Positions 47,312 through 57,274 are shown, numbered from the whole stretch's first letter. The stretch is 63,768 nt of DNA, filler included, from Candidatus Delongbacteria bacterium (GCA_016937995.1; 5 parts of 5 records of this genome joined end to end with filler, not necessarily neighbours in it); one strand, 5' to 3'. The notes: generated by a model from the sequence alone, not told the origin. Numbers and translations are program-made.

Positions 47312-49441
47312 CTACTTTATCATTACCATCTTCTTCGTTGCTTCCTTAACCCCATTTACCTCAAAAGAATAATAATAAACACCACTGTTCAGTGCAGATG
47401 CATCGAAATTTATTGAATATCTTCCTTTATTTTTCAATCCATCAAATAATGTACTCACTAACTGACCGTTAACATTGTAAACAACAAGCTTAATCTTTGA
47501 ATTGTTATGTGGGACAGAAAAGTTTATACTAGTACTAGGATTGAATGGATTTGGATAATTTTGCTCTAATTCGTAGTTTTGAATAATATTATTGTCAGTA
47601 TCATCAATAGATACAAATTGAGAAATATCCATAATGGAAACACCATAATCCAGATTGGTGCTATACAGAAGATCGTTTACATATATCATCTTTCCAATAT
47701 ATCTATCATATTTTATGGATTGAAGTAGAGTAATATTATCAATATCCATTATATCATAAATAAACAATTCATTCCAATTCGTATCAAATAAAAATAATTG
47801 TCCATCATAAATATATGGTCTTGAAAATGATGTTATTGAATTTTGATGTGCACTTAATGAATCAAGCAAAATCGGAGATGTAGGATCACTGACATCATAG
47901 ATCTTAAGTCCATTTTTGTAATGAGAAACAAATAAAATATTGTTTCTAATAGCTAGGGTTGCCCCGTATATACCTAAATCTATAGTTGATTTAAGAGAAG
48001 GTGTATCAGGAGAAGAAACATCAATCAGATCAATACATTTAGATTCTAGTGTAACATACGCTATTCTGTTTGACACAACTATATCTGTGATCCAGTCTTC
48101 TGCAAAATAACTTCCTTTTAAAACCGGATCTCCGGCATCACTTTTTTCATAGATTTTAAATTCTTCCAGTGTATTCAAATAAATATAATCCTGATCCTGA
48201 TCTGAATTCATCGTTGTAAGATCTGTACCTACATAGTCAAAATCATATAATTCTACTGGATTTGTTGGGTCAGTAATATCGATCATGAGCATATCAGGTT
48301 TTTGGTATGAGTATCCAAGGCATAATATATTATCGTACAAAGACAACGTAAATGTTTCCCCCAAGGCATTAAAGAAATAACCTATGGAAGTTGGATTATA
48401 AGAGTCTCTTACATCAATTATATTTAGGCTATAACCATCAGCTGTTAACAGATACCCATCTTTAAATTCAATATCGCGAGCCCTCCTTACAGTTTTTGTA
48501 GATCCGAGTAGATAGTCATTAGTTGGATCACTTATATCGATAACATGTATTCCATAAAATCCGTCGCAATCATAAACAAGATCACCATCAGCAATTACTC
48601 TAAAATCCTCTCCAAGGGAATCATAAGTTCCAGAATAGCTTAGATTATATGGATCGGTAATATCAATAACTGAAAGTCCTTTAGCATTGGTACATGCTTT
48701 ATTTCCTGAGATACTTACAGTAGAAGATGGATTATCTGCTAATGAATCCATAACAACAGGATTTTGAATATTTCTTATATCAATAGAAGTAAAATAAACT
48801 GAGGATACATATGCAATTGAATCCTGTATCGCTAATCCTCCATAATCATTATTTGAAATACTTAACTCACTAATAAATTCTGGATTTTCAGGATCTTTAA
48901 CATCCATAATTTTAAATTTATCAGAGACTCCATAGATCAGAGAGTCAGAAGAAAGGATTATTGATGTAAAATTATCTCCGCAAGACCACACAATCCCTTC
49001 GTAACGAGGTGTTGTATCATAAACATAAAATGCCTGATCATCTGCGATATACAAAATATTACCGGATTCGATAATTTGTCTCACATTTCCGAAGCCATAT
49101 GTTCGGTCAATTTCAGGATTTGGAATATCAGAAATATCTACAACAGATATTGAATCCTCTCCGCATAAGTAAATTTTTTGATTAAATACACCACCAATAC
49201 GACCACCAAAAAAATCATCCATTTGGAGTTCACTTATCAATTCAGGATTTAAGGGATTGGAAACATCGATTATTTCTAGCAAACCGGCATAAGTCAAAGA
49301 AAATAGTAAACTATCGCTTTTTTCTATGCTTACTCTTCTCTTAGTCCCATCATAATATTCCCCCACTTTGTGATAAATCCCGTAAAGATTAATTGATACA
49401 CACACCAATAAAAAAACGATCAAAATTCGTAGTGATTTCAT
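47312..49441 (-). CDS. Secreted LVIVD-repeat beta-propeller protein with T9SS-type (FlgD-Ig/Por) C-terminal tail
   Basis: Signal peptide; many (L/I)..(I/V)D(I/V)S(D/N)P..P repeats; QNYPNPFNPST...SGVYYY...TKKMVMIK. Confidence 0.9.
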   Translation of the reverse strand: MKSLRILIVFLLVCVSINLYGIYHKVGEYYDGTKRRVSIEKSDSLLFSLTYAGLLEIIDVSNPLNPELISELQMDDFFGGRIGGVFNQKIYLCGEDSISVVDISDIPNPEIDRTYGFGNVRQIIESGNILYIADDQAFYVYDTTPRYEGIVWSCGDNFTSIILSSDSLIYGVSDKFKIMDVKDPENPEFISELSISNNDYGGLAIQDSIAYVSSVYFTSIDIRNIQNPVVMDSLADNPSSTVSISGNKACTNAKGLSVIDITDPYNLSYSGTYDSLGEDFRVIADGDLVYDCDGFYGIHVIDISDPTNDYLLGSTKTVRRARDIEFKDGYLLTADGYSLNIIDVRDSYNPTSIGYFFNALGETFTLSLYDNILCLGYSYQKPDMLMIDITDPTNPVELYDFDYVGTDLTTMNSDQDQDYIYLNTLEEFKIYEKSDAGDPVLKGSYFAEDWITDIVVSNRIAYVTLESKCIDLIDVSSPDTPSLKSTIDLGIYGATLAIRNNILFVSHYKNGLKIYDVSDPTSPILLDSLSAHQNSITSFSRPYIYDGQLFLFDTNWNELFIYDIMDIDNITLLQSIKYDRYIGKMIYVNDLLYSTNLDYGVSIMDISQFVSIDDTDNNIIQNYELEQNYPNPFNPSTSINFSVPHNNSKIKLVVYNVNGQLVSTLFDGLKNKGRYSINFDASALNSGVYYYSFEVNGVKEATKKMVMIK

Positions 49442-49518
49442 TTATTTCCCCATAATATTCATTTCACATTAACATTAACAATGAAAATAATATATAAACG
49501 CACTATTTACAAGTATTA

Positions 49519-52500
49519 TTATTTTAGTCGCACTGTTTCCGGCACATCTTCCCTCTTCACAGCAGAATCGGCTATGATATAATAAAATTTCTTCGTCGTA
49601 GCATCTATAGCACTTGACCAGGAATTTGTTGCAGTTGTTCCAAGGTAGTTAAAGATGCCATAAGGGTCGTCTGATGAATAAATGCAATAAGTGTTGGCGT
49701 TCTCAACATCATCCCAGGTAATGTACACATTAAAAGCATCGAGAGAGATCTGTACGTTAGTCGGAGATCCCATATTTAAAAATACAGGATTTGTCAGAGC
49801 TTTTATACAGAAGTTTGCTGTTCCGGGATTATCGATAGTTGTATTGTCATAGAGATCTTTCCAGATCCCGCCTTCATAGTAATAACTTTCATCCGCAGAT
49901 GCTTTTGATTCTACCGTAGCTTTGGTCTTAGCTCCAAGAAGAGTTGGAATGAAAGAAGTTCTGTCAAAGGGCTGTCCTCCATCGGAAAGATCAAGGTAGA
50001 CATAGAAATCATCCCCATTGGAAACTTGAACAGAGTTGTTAAGATCAATAGTGTGAAATCCTTTGTGTTCAATATATCCGGTCTTACTTTCAAGTTCATT
50101 TTGTAAAGTACCGGTCGTAAAATCATCGTAGATCTTAATAGTGTAATTCACACTGTCTTTCGCTGTATAGAAACTAACTGCATTGATATATTCATCCTGA
50201 GCAGAAACAAATTTATTAAATGCTTCATTTATACCTGTATAAGTATCTCTCCAACCGTGATAATCATGGTAATAAACATTATCATATCTCATTTTTTCAA
50301 CGTTCATGAATGAAACAGCACCCATTTCAGGATGCTTACCTGCATACTTATCGTAATATGAGATCCAGAAATAACCGTCAAAACCCCAGTCCTCACTGTA
50401 ACTGTTCTTACAAAGCCATGCACCCTTACCTTTAGGAGCTTGAGTTATTAAACTGTCATTCCATCCAACAATAGCAATTGAATGATTAGGTTCTTCTATT
50501 GTTGCAGGTGGTTGATAATGAATATAGTCAGTTGTATAACCCGCACTTGAGGTCATACAGGTCGCGATAGCTCCATTCTCCATGATCTTCTGCTTAACTT
50601 CATTAATATTTTCAAGATCATCACCAACATTATAGAATTCAACATCTCTCGGATAAAAATAATGATAACTGTCGGAATTTCTGACTGGTGGAGTGTCATA
50701 TGACTGACCATCAATTTCTCTGACTCCACCCTCTCCTCTGGAAAAATAAGCTGAAGCCATCAGATAATCACCACCCTGATGTACTTCAATCCCAGCTCCT
50801 TGCACAGCAATATCATCATTGTTATAATCGTTAAATCCGTTCCACCAGTCGAGATGATATTCAGCCAGAGCAGGCTCACCCTCTTCACCGTAGTAACTCC
50901 AGAGATCAGTCATTAACAGATTACTTTCCATTGAAGCTAAAGTACCATGTGTCCAGCATGTTCCTCCAAGCTGTAATTTTATTGAAGTAACATAATTTTC
51001 AGGATAAGAAGTTCTAAGATCGAAACTGTCAGGAGGAGTTGATGTCCAGTTAATTACATAATCGCCGGAATTTAATCTGTTGCCTTCAAAGTCTTCTATT
51101 GTAAATCTGAGATTCCCCTGTAATTCTGAAGTTTCTGCAGGGAGAATTCCTTCATAGACGTAAGTATGCATTTTTGGTAAGTTCATCGCAAAATCATATT
51201 GTGTATCCCAGTCATTCTTTGAATAATGACCTGTACATGACACTATATCGGATTCATCATTGACGGTAATAGATATCTTTGCATCTTTATTTACAAATGC
51301 AGTTCTTCCTCTTACGGCTGTAATTAAAGGTACATCATAATCCCGGACAAAATAAATATTATAGTCAGGAGTTATAACACTTTGTTCTCCATTATCTGTT
51401 ATGTCAAAATTGATAGTGCCTGAATCAACACTTGCTAAAGCAGGTATTTTGCCTGTCCAGATATCGTCAATTAACTTTGTGAACCTGATAGTACCGGGAG
51501 GATATTTCCCGTTGAAAAGGTAATGTCCGTAAATAGAATCTATACCAACCCGTGAAGATAAAGTAAGCTCGATCTCCATATCATTATTAAGATAAGCACC
51601 TACGATAGGTAATAATGCAGGATTTGCCTGAATGTTAGTTATGGAAGGTTCTTCATCGTCACAGATAATATTTACATTATCTATATACCAGAGATCACTG
51701 TTATCACCAGTATAATGCCAACCGAGATAAATATTCTGATCAATGTAAGAGCTCAGTGAAATAATATTCTCACTAAATTCATCTTCTGAAGATATGCCTG
51801 ACCAAAGAGTTGTCCAGTTTGTTTTATCAGTGGAAACACAGACTTCATGGATACCGTTTGCTGCTGAAGATAGTGAGTCCTTCTGCCAGTATGATAATAT
51901 CACAGAAACCGAATCCGGAATATATATCTGTGGTGAGATCAACCAGTCATCCTGTGTACCGGTATTATTTAAATGAGTGGCTGAGTTTTCTCCTGTATGG
52001 ACAGGATATTGAACTTGAACAAATCCTGCACCTGCTGTCTGTAATTCCCAGTTGTATGGTGGAAATTCTTCTTCGAAATCTTCTGAGAACAGATAATATT
52101 CTTTTGACCAGCTTAGAGGAAAAGTACCTGACCATTGTGAGTTCGTTTGATCATCTTCGGCCAAAAATCTAACCTGACCTGTTGATCCATCAGGTTGCCC
52201 CGGGATCGTTCCGTGGAATTTCGTATCTCCTTTCGCAGTGCTCATGTTGAAAGGCACCCATGCTCCGCCGTCTATGCTGTACTCCGCATTCATCGGTGAA
52301 AGAACAGAATTCTGATCCTGTACCATAATTGTTATTTGCAGATCAATATTCTGATATCCTTCATTTCCTGTAATAGTTCTAACAGAAGGCGGATATACGT
52401 CCGTTCCTGCGTAGTGCTCAAGTAATACTCTCGTAATAAATTCTTTATGATATTTTGTCCAATCTCCGGGCATACCATCATAGCTGTGACAATCATCAGA

Positions 52501-52917
52501 ATCGTATCTGTCTGCCACTATTGTCGGTAGTCCTGATATCGTATCAGGCACCATTGCGACCCAGAAATCATCATTGAATACCATTGTTGAAGGCAGATAT
52601 ACATCATTCCAGCTCTGAATAGATAAACTTTCATCTGACTGCCATAGTATAGTTGAACCGTCTTTAGCATAGATCTTGAAGGTAAAAGTTTCTCCGTTCT
52701 GCCATAGATACGAACTGACTGCATTTAAACTGACCGGATATTCAAGTCCGAAGTCATTTGCATTGATATAAGTTGCTTTCTCTTCAGTGGAAGTATAAAG
52801 ATCCCATGCCTGTCCCCAATAATCATACCAGGCAAAAGTCCTGTTTTCTTTTGAATACCAGTCAGAAGCAGACAGTGATAAATATGTTGATAAAATTAAA
52901 ATTGCTATTTTTTTCAT
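49519..52917 (-). CDS. Secreted multidomain papain-family (C1A) cysteine protease with adhesin-like and lectin-like domains
   Basis: ATG 52917 plus signal peptide; EDFE...DDWLISP...WYIDNV adhesin-like domain; FDLR, Q..GTCW, NHSIAIVGW, KNS, WG.DGYFWISY. Confidence 0.88.
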   Translation of the reverse strand: MKKIAILILSTYLSLSASDWYSKENRTFAWYDYWGQAWDLYTSTEEKATYINANDFGLEYPVSLNAVSSYLWQNGETFTFKIYAKDGSTILWQSDESLSIQSWNDVYLPSTMVFNDDFWVAMVPDTISGLPTIVADRYDSDDCHSYDGMPGDWTKYHKEFITRVLLEHYAGTDVYPPSVRTITGNEGYQNIDLQITIMVQDQNSVLSPMNAEYSIDGGAWVPFNMSTAKGDTKFHGTIPGQPDGSTGQVRFLAEDDQTNSQWSGTFPLSWSKEYYLFSEDFEEEFPPYNWELQTAGAGFVQVQYPVHTGENSATHLNNTGTQDDWLISPQIYIPDSVSVILSYWQKDSLSSAANGIHEVCVSTDKTNWTTLWSGISSEDEFSENIISLSSYIDQNIYLGWHYTGDNSDLWYIDNVNIICDDEEPSITNIQANPALLPIVGAYLNNDMEIELTLSSRVGIDSIYGHYLFNGKYPPGTIRFTKLIDDIWTGKIPALASVDSGTINFDITDNGEQSVITPDYNIYFVRDYDVPLITAVRGRTAFVNKDAKISITVNDESDIVSCTGHYSKNDWDTQYDFAMNLPKMHTYVYEGILPAETSELQGNLRFTIEDFEGNRLNSGDYVINWTSTPPDSFDLRTSYPENYVTSIKLQLGGTCWTHGTLASMESNLLMTDLWSYYGEEGEPALAEYHLDWWNGFNDYNNDDIAVQGAGIEVHQGGDYLMASAYFSRGEGGVREIDGQSYDTPPVRNSDSYHYFYPRDVEFYNVGDDLENINEVKQKIMENGAIATCMTSSAGYTTDYIHYQPPATIEEPNHSIAIVGWNDSLITQAPKGKGAWLCKNSYSEDWGFDGYFWISYYDKYAGKHPEMGAVSFMNVEKMRYDNVYYHDYHGWRDTYTGINEAFNKFVSAQDEYINAVSFYTAKDSVNYTIKIYDDFTTGTLQNELESKTGYIEHKGFHTIDLNNSVQVSNGDDFYVYLDLSDGGQPFDRTSFIPTLLGAKTKATVESKASADESYYYEGGIWKDLYDNTTIDNPGTANFCIKALTNPVFLNMGSPTNVQISLDAFNVYITWDDVENANTYCIYSSDDPYGIFNYLGTTATNSWSSAIDATTKKFYYIIADSAVKREDVPETVRLK

Positions 52918-53015
52918 AGATATCCCCGTAAAATTTATACTTTTATAATATACAAAATATAATCGATTCTTCAAATGATATAAAATCGTTCTTTCATTGC
53001 GTTGTGTTTTTTTTC

Positions 53016-53116
53016 GGGGACGAATGGGAATCATTCCCTACAGATGTCATTGCGAATCCCGAATTATGGGATGTGCAATCTGTTTTTTCCAGGGGCGTTA
53101 TGAATAACGCCCCTTC
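53016..53116. repeat. Cluster of three REP/RPE-like palindromes between the divergent protease genes
   Basis: GGGGACGA...TTCCCTAC; GTCATTGCGAATCCC...GGGATGTGCAATC; AGGGGCGTTAT-GA-ATAACGCCCCT. Confidence 0.75.
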
Positions 53117-53220
53117 ATGTTTTCTCCGTGTTGAATATTTAACATTGTTATGATTTTATTCCTTGATTTATTACGATAAATTATTGTATTTTGAATAATA
53201 CTGATAAATTGGAGGAGATA

Positions 53221-55968
53221 ATGAAAATAGTTGCAATTGTTTTGATATTTGTATCTCTATGTCTTTTTGGCAAAATATCGCAGGAAGAACTTGTTTCTAT
53301 TGAGAACAAAGGATATTTAACAAATTTAACTCAAACAGAACTCGGTACCGTTGCAACGAACAATCTTGAAAATGCCTTGTATCTGATAAATGATGGAGAG
53401 TTATCGACTCTGATTGAAAACCCCGGTTGTGGAAGATACTTCAACGTTTACAATGAATTCATAGGCTTCAAATATATTGATCCGGGAACTGCAGAACAAA
53501 CTCCTGCTTTATTCGATCTTAAAACTAATGATATTATTCATTTAGCTTCTCCTTCAAAGTATTGCGGACAGGTATCTTTCTCAGAAAATGGAGATATTGC
53601 TTATACGGTCAGCAATGATCTGATAGTTGAGTATACTAATGGTGTTAAATTCGAATATGATCTAGAAACTTATTCAAATATTACTCCTATCTCTCCGGAT
53701 GGTAACAAAGTATCCTACCATGATAAAAACCAGAACATATACATACTTGATCTCACAACTCATAACTCTAAACCCATAACTCACAACAATGGCTTCTTCG
53801 ACCAGAAATGGTCTCCTGACTCTAAGAAACTTGCTTTCAGAGATATTTCAGGCAAGTTATTAGTCTATGATCTCTTTTCTGAGAATACAACAGAATACGA
53901 TATTGTTAACAACTACAACTGGAAAAGTAACACTACAATACACTGTGTCAAATTTATCCATGATGAAGAATCTTTGCTCTCAAGCGATGTTTACGAATTG
54001 AATACAGAAAACAACCTTGAAAGAAATCTTACAAACAGTACTGATGTTTACGAATTCAATACTTTGCTTGTCGATAATCAATTGATCTCAAACCTGAATT
54101 ACCAATTGAAATTGAAACCGATTATCATGAAAGAACCTAAGCAAAAATCAACTTTGAACGCACCTTACATACATCAGGTTAATGATACTGATGGTTATGG
54201 GCATAGATATGGTTGCTGTGCAGCTACAACTTGTGCAATGGTTCTCGCTTATTATAAGATAATTCCACACTGGATTAATACAACAAATGAGTGGGCACAT
54301 TTTATTTATGATAATTATATTTATAAAGATTTTGTTTACGACATTCTTTACGATATCGGAGTTGGTACTGGCGGTGGTGACGGATTTATGTGGAACGATA
54401 ACGGACCAGGAGGCACTTCTCCTTCAGGTAATCAGAAATATTACTTACAATATCACGGTCTAACATCTGTACAATACTGGAGTAACTGGTGGAATGTTAT
54501 CTCTGCAGATGTAAACAATGGCTATCCTCATCCAATGTGTGTTATGCTTACAGCTTCAGGTCATCTTATTCTTCCGGTCGGGATAGCTGATGATATTCAG
54601 CAGGTGATGTATTACAATGACCCTTACGGTAATAAGAACGTAGCATATCCAAGTGCGGACGGTTTTGAAGTAATGTATGACTGGCCGGGATTTAATACTG
54701 GTATAGAGAATCTTGATGCTGTAGCCTGGACTACTTCTGCAATTGGAATTATACCTGAAGAAGCTGGACTTCAGATAAATGACAACCAGTTAGCGTATAC
54801 AACCGATTACTATGATTTCAGTGATAGAAACAATGGGTTCTTCATGCTTGCTGAAGGTACTACGGGTATGAAATACTGGAGAAATGTAGATGGTGTAGAT
54901 CCATACTGGTGGACTGGAGCTATGACCGCTACAACTATCGATGATTACAGTGCTTCCTGGAATCCTGATATAACTTCCCCCGGAGATTATAAAGTTGAAG
55001 TATACATCCCCTCAAATACAGAACTTATAACAAATGCAAAATATCAGATCTTCCATAATTCAACTGTCGATGAAATCAGAGTAGATCAAGGAGCAAATGC
55101 CGGTCTGTGGGTCGATCTTGGAACTTATTATTTCACAGGTTCAGATCAGGAAATGGTCTATCTGGGTGATGCGACAGGGACAAAGAGCATTAAACAAGAT
55201 CACACAGAGAAAGCAAAAGTATTCAAAATTGTTTATGACAAAGTAAAATTTACACCTCAAGACCCATTTTTCACAGCCGACGGAGACTGGCAATTCGGCA
55301 CTGATGCAGCGGTTGGTTCTGTCTCAGGCGGAAATATCTGGGGAACTGTGCTTAACGCAAATTATACTGATAATTCAAATTCAAAGTTAACTTATGATCT
55401 TTCCGCTGTCCCACTGGAAGAGAATTCATTACTTACTTTTTATCACTGGTTTCAGATGGAGGATGGAACTGCCCCAACAGCTTACGATGGTGGCAATGTC
55501 AAAATTTCGACTGATAATGGTAACAATTATACTCTGATCTACCCTCTTGACGGATATAGTTATGAGATATCTTCAGAATACACGAATCCAATGCCGGGAG
55601 AAGATGCATATTCCGGTGATTCCGGTGGCTGGATCTCAGTGATCTTTGATCTGAGTGCATACGCGAGACAGAACGTAATAATCCAGTGGCAGTTCGGCAG
55701 TGATACTCTTTACAATGAAAGGGGCTGGTATCTGGATAATATTACAGTTTCACAGTTCATGTCTCCGGAGAATCTTCTTATCACTTACAATGGATCTGTT
55801 GTGAATATTACCTGGGATGTAGTAGAAAATGCTGAATCTTATCTCATCTATTCAGCTGATGACCCTTACGGAACTTATTCTCAGATTGGAATTTCTGTAA
55901 CAAACTCCTGGAACGGAACTGAAAGTTCAACTAAGAAATTCTATAGGATCATCGCAGCAACTGATTAA
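53221..55968 (+). CDS. Secreted multidomain protein: TolB-like propeller, C39-like cysteine peptidase, CBM/golvesin-like and jelly-roll domains
   Basis: ATG 53221 with GGAG SD and signal peptide; ISPDG/WSPDS repeats; CAATTCAMVLAYY, GH, YNDPYG; W.DLGTY.F; DGGNV.IS...GWYLDNI. Confidence 0.8.
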   Translation: MKIVAIVLIFVSLCLFGKISQEELVSIENKGYLTNLTQTELGTVATNNLENALYLINDGELSTLIENPGCGRYFNVYNEFIGFKYIDPGTAEQTPALFDLKTNDIIHLASPSKYCGQVSFSENGDIAYTVSNDLIVEYTNGVKFEYDLETYSNITPISPDGNKVSYHDKNQNIYILDLTTHNSKPITHNNGFFDQKWSPDSKKLAFRDISGKLLVYDLFSENTTEYDIVNNYNWKSNTTIHCVKFIHDEESLLSSDVYELNTENNLERNLTNSTDVYEFNTLLVDNQLISNLNYQLKLKPIIMKEPKQKSTLNAPYIHQVNDTDGYGHRYGCCAATTCAMVLAYYKIIPHWINTTNEWAHFIYDNYIYKDFVYDILYDIGVGTGGGDGFMWNDNGPGGTSPSGNQKYYLQYHGLTSVQYWSNWWNVISADVNNGYPHPMCVMLTASGHLILPVGIADDIQQVMYYNDPYGNKNVAYPSADGFEVMYDWPGFNTGIENLDAVAWTTSAIGIIPEEAGLQINDNQLAYTTDYYDFSDRNNGFFMLAEGTTGMKYWRNVDGVDPYWWTGAMTATTIDDYSASWNPDITSPGDYKVEVYIPSNTELITNAKYQIFHNSTVDEIRVDQGANAGLWVDLGTYYFTGSDQEMVYLGDATGTKSIKQDHTEKAKVFKIVYDKVKFTPQDPFFTADGDWQFGTDAAVGSVSGGNIWGTVLNANYTDNSNSKLTYDLSAVPLEENSLLTFYHWFQMEDGTAPTAYDGGNVKISTDNGNNYTLIYPLDGYSYEISSEYTNPMPGEDAYSGDSGGWISVIFDLSAYARQNVIIQWQFGSDTLYNERGWYLDNITVSQFMSPENLLITYNGSVVNITWDVVENAESYLIYSADDPYGTYSQIGISVTNSWNGTESSTKKFYRIIAATD

Positions 55969-56028
55969 TAAATTATTGCTTTTATTATAAATTTTGCTTT
56001 ATTTCCACTAAAATTACCGGAGTGACAA

Positions 56029-57093
56029 ATTAAAGACCAGTTCAATATATTAAGAGCATTTGCAATAATTGCTGTCATCGCGATTCATGTAACAAGTAAT
56101 TTCAGCAAGATAGTTTCTTACTCAGCTTTACCGGTTGTAGTTTGCGGAGTAGATATTTTCAGCCAGTTTGCTGTTCCAATGTTCATCCTGATTTCAGGTT
56201 TGGTTCTCAGCCTTAGATACGATGGTGATTATTCTATAAAAACATTCTATAAGAAAAGGATCAACAGAATACTGGTCCCATATCTGATCTGGTCTGTAAT
56301 TTACGTTACCATGACTTTTATTCTAACAAAAGATATTTCTGTACAAAGAATCATATATATGCTTTTCACAGGTAGTGCATATTATCATCTGTGGTTCTTT
56401 TTCCTGATATTTCAATTGTATCTGATATTCCCGTTTTACAGGAAGCTGTTAAAAGGAAGAAGTTTTATCATGATAATATTCACATATGGACTTCAAATAT
56501 TATTCAATCACTACAAAATTGGAGTTGTCGGGAACGAACAATTAGCTATGATAATAAACCGGATATTCTTATCTCATATTTTCTATTTCAGTCTGGGTAT
56601 ATGGATCGCTGATAATATTGGGAACGTTGAAATCCAATTATCAAAACTCAATTATTATTTAAATTTGATGCTTGTAATTATCATAACATGGGCTTCGTAT
56701 ATTTTTACATTTAACTGGCTTGCTACAAACAATGATTTTTTTCCGATATTTAACGCTTTGGTCGTACTTGAGAAAGCATTATTACCCTTAGTTTATGTTT
56801 TAGTGTTTATTGTCTTATACTCTTTGGCTAAGAAAATCACTAATGCTGAGGCAAGGAAATATCTGGAATTAATATCAAGATATTCTTTCGGGATCTATCT
56901 TTCTCATGCACTTATATTATATACATTGATCAAATTGATAAAACAGGTAAATATAGTTCCTAACAATTTTTCATTCTATTTTATCACTTTTGCAGGCACA
57001 CTAATTGCGAGTATATTTTTTTGCATCGTCCTTGAAAGAACAGTATTTTCAAAATACTTATTGAGCATTGATCAAAAGAAAAAGGTGGAATAA
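56029..57093 (+). CDS. Acyltransferase-3 family membrane protein, apparent ATT start
   Basis: Frame is open 50 codons upstream of ATG 56179 and contains LRAFAIIAVIAIH and FAVPMF..ISG; KKR..RI.VPY..W, YHLWF, YSFGIYLSH. Confidence 0.88.
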   Translation: MKDQFNILRAFAIIAVIAIHVTSNFSKIVSYSALPVVVCGVDIFSQFAVPMFILISGLVLSLRYDGDYSIKTFYKKRINRILVPYLIWSVIYVTMTFILTKDISVQRIIYMLFTGSAYYHLWFFFLIFQLYLIFPFYRKLLKGRSFIMIIFTYGLQILFNHYKIGVVGNEQLAMIINRIFLSHIFYFSLGIWIADNIGNVEIQLSKLNYYLNLMLVIIITWASYIFTFNWLATNNDFFPIFNALVVLEKALLPLVYVLVFIVLYSLAKKITNAEARKYLELISRYSFGIYLSHALILYTLIKLIKQVNIVPNNFSFYFITFAGTLIASIFFCIVLERTVFSKYLLSIDQKKKVE

Positions 57094-57105
57094 TATCCAC
57101 CTTTT
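57080..57105. terminator. Bidirectional terminator between convergent genes
   Basis: AAAAGGTGGA-ATAATA-TCCACCTTTT. Confidence 0.75.
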
Positions 57106-57112
57106 GAATTCT

Positions 57113-57140
57113 GTCATCTTCGGACTCGATCCGGAGATCC
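57113..57140 (+). repeat. GTCATC-type palindromic element
   Basis: GTCATCTTCGGACTCGATCCGGAGATCC, same family as 43835-43861. Confidence 0.65.
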
Positions 57141-57147
57141 ATAATTT

Positions 57148-57274
57148 CTATTTTATCATTACCATCTTCTTCGTTACCTGTTTCAGTCCATCAACTTCCA
57201 GGCAATAATAATAAATCCCACTATTGAATTTTGAAGCATCAAAAACGACTGAATGTTTACCTCGGTGTTGAATT
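57148..57274 (-). CDS. 3' fragment of another protein with a T9SS-type C-terminal tail
   Basis: Translates IQHRGKHSVVFDASKFNSGIYYYCLEVDGLKQVTKKMVMIK*, closely similar to the tail of 47312-49441. Confidence 0.85.

Noticed and set aside
52918-53220. ORF-track N-terminal extensions of the two proteases (starts 53034 and 53191)
   Set aside because: The 53034 extension runs through REP DNA, and the downstream ATGs (52917, 53221) have SD-like sites and begin proper signal peptides; starts of DUF2089, rlmN, the propeller lipoprotein and the EIIA fusion were trimmed on similar grounds
32068-57140. Palindromes and heptamer runs considered as a CRISPR array or attC cassette array
   Set aside because: No identical repeats with regular unique spacers, no cas or integrase gene, and no GTTRRRY/RYYYAAC ends
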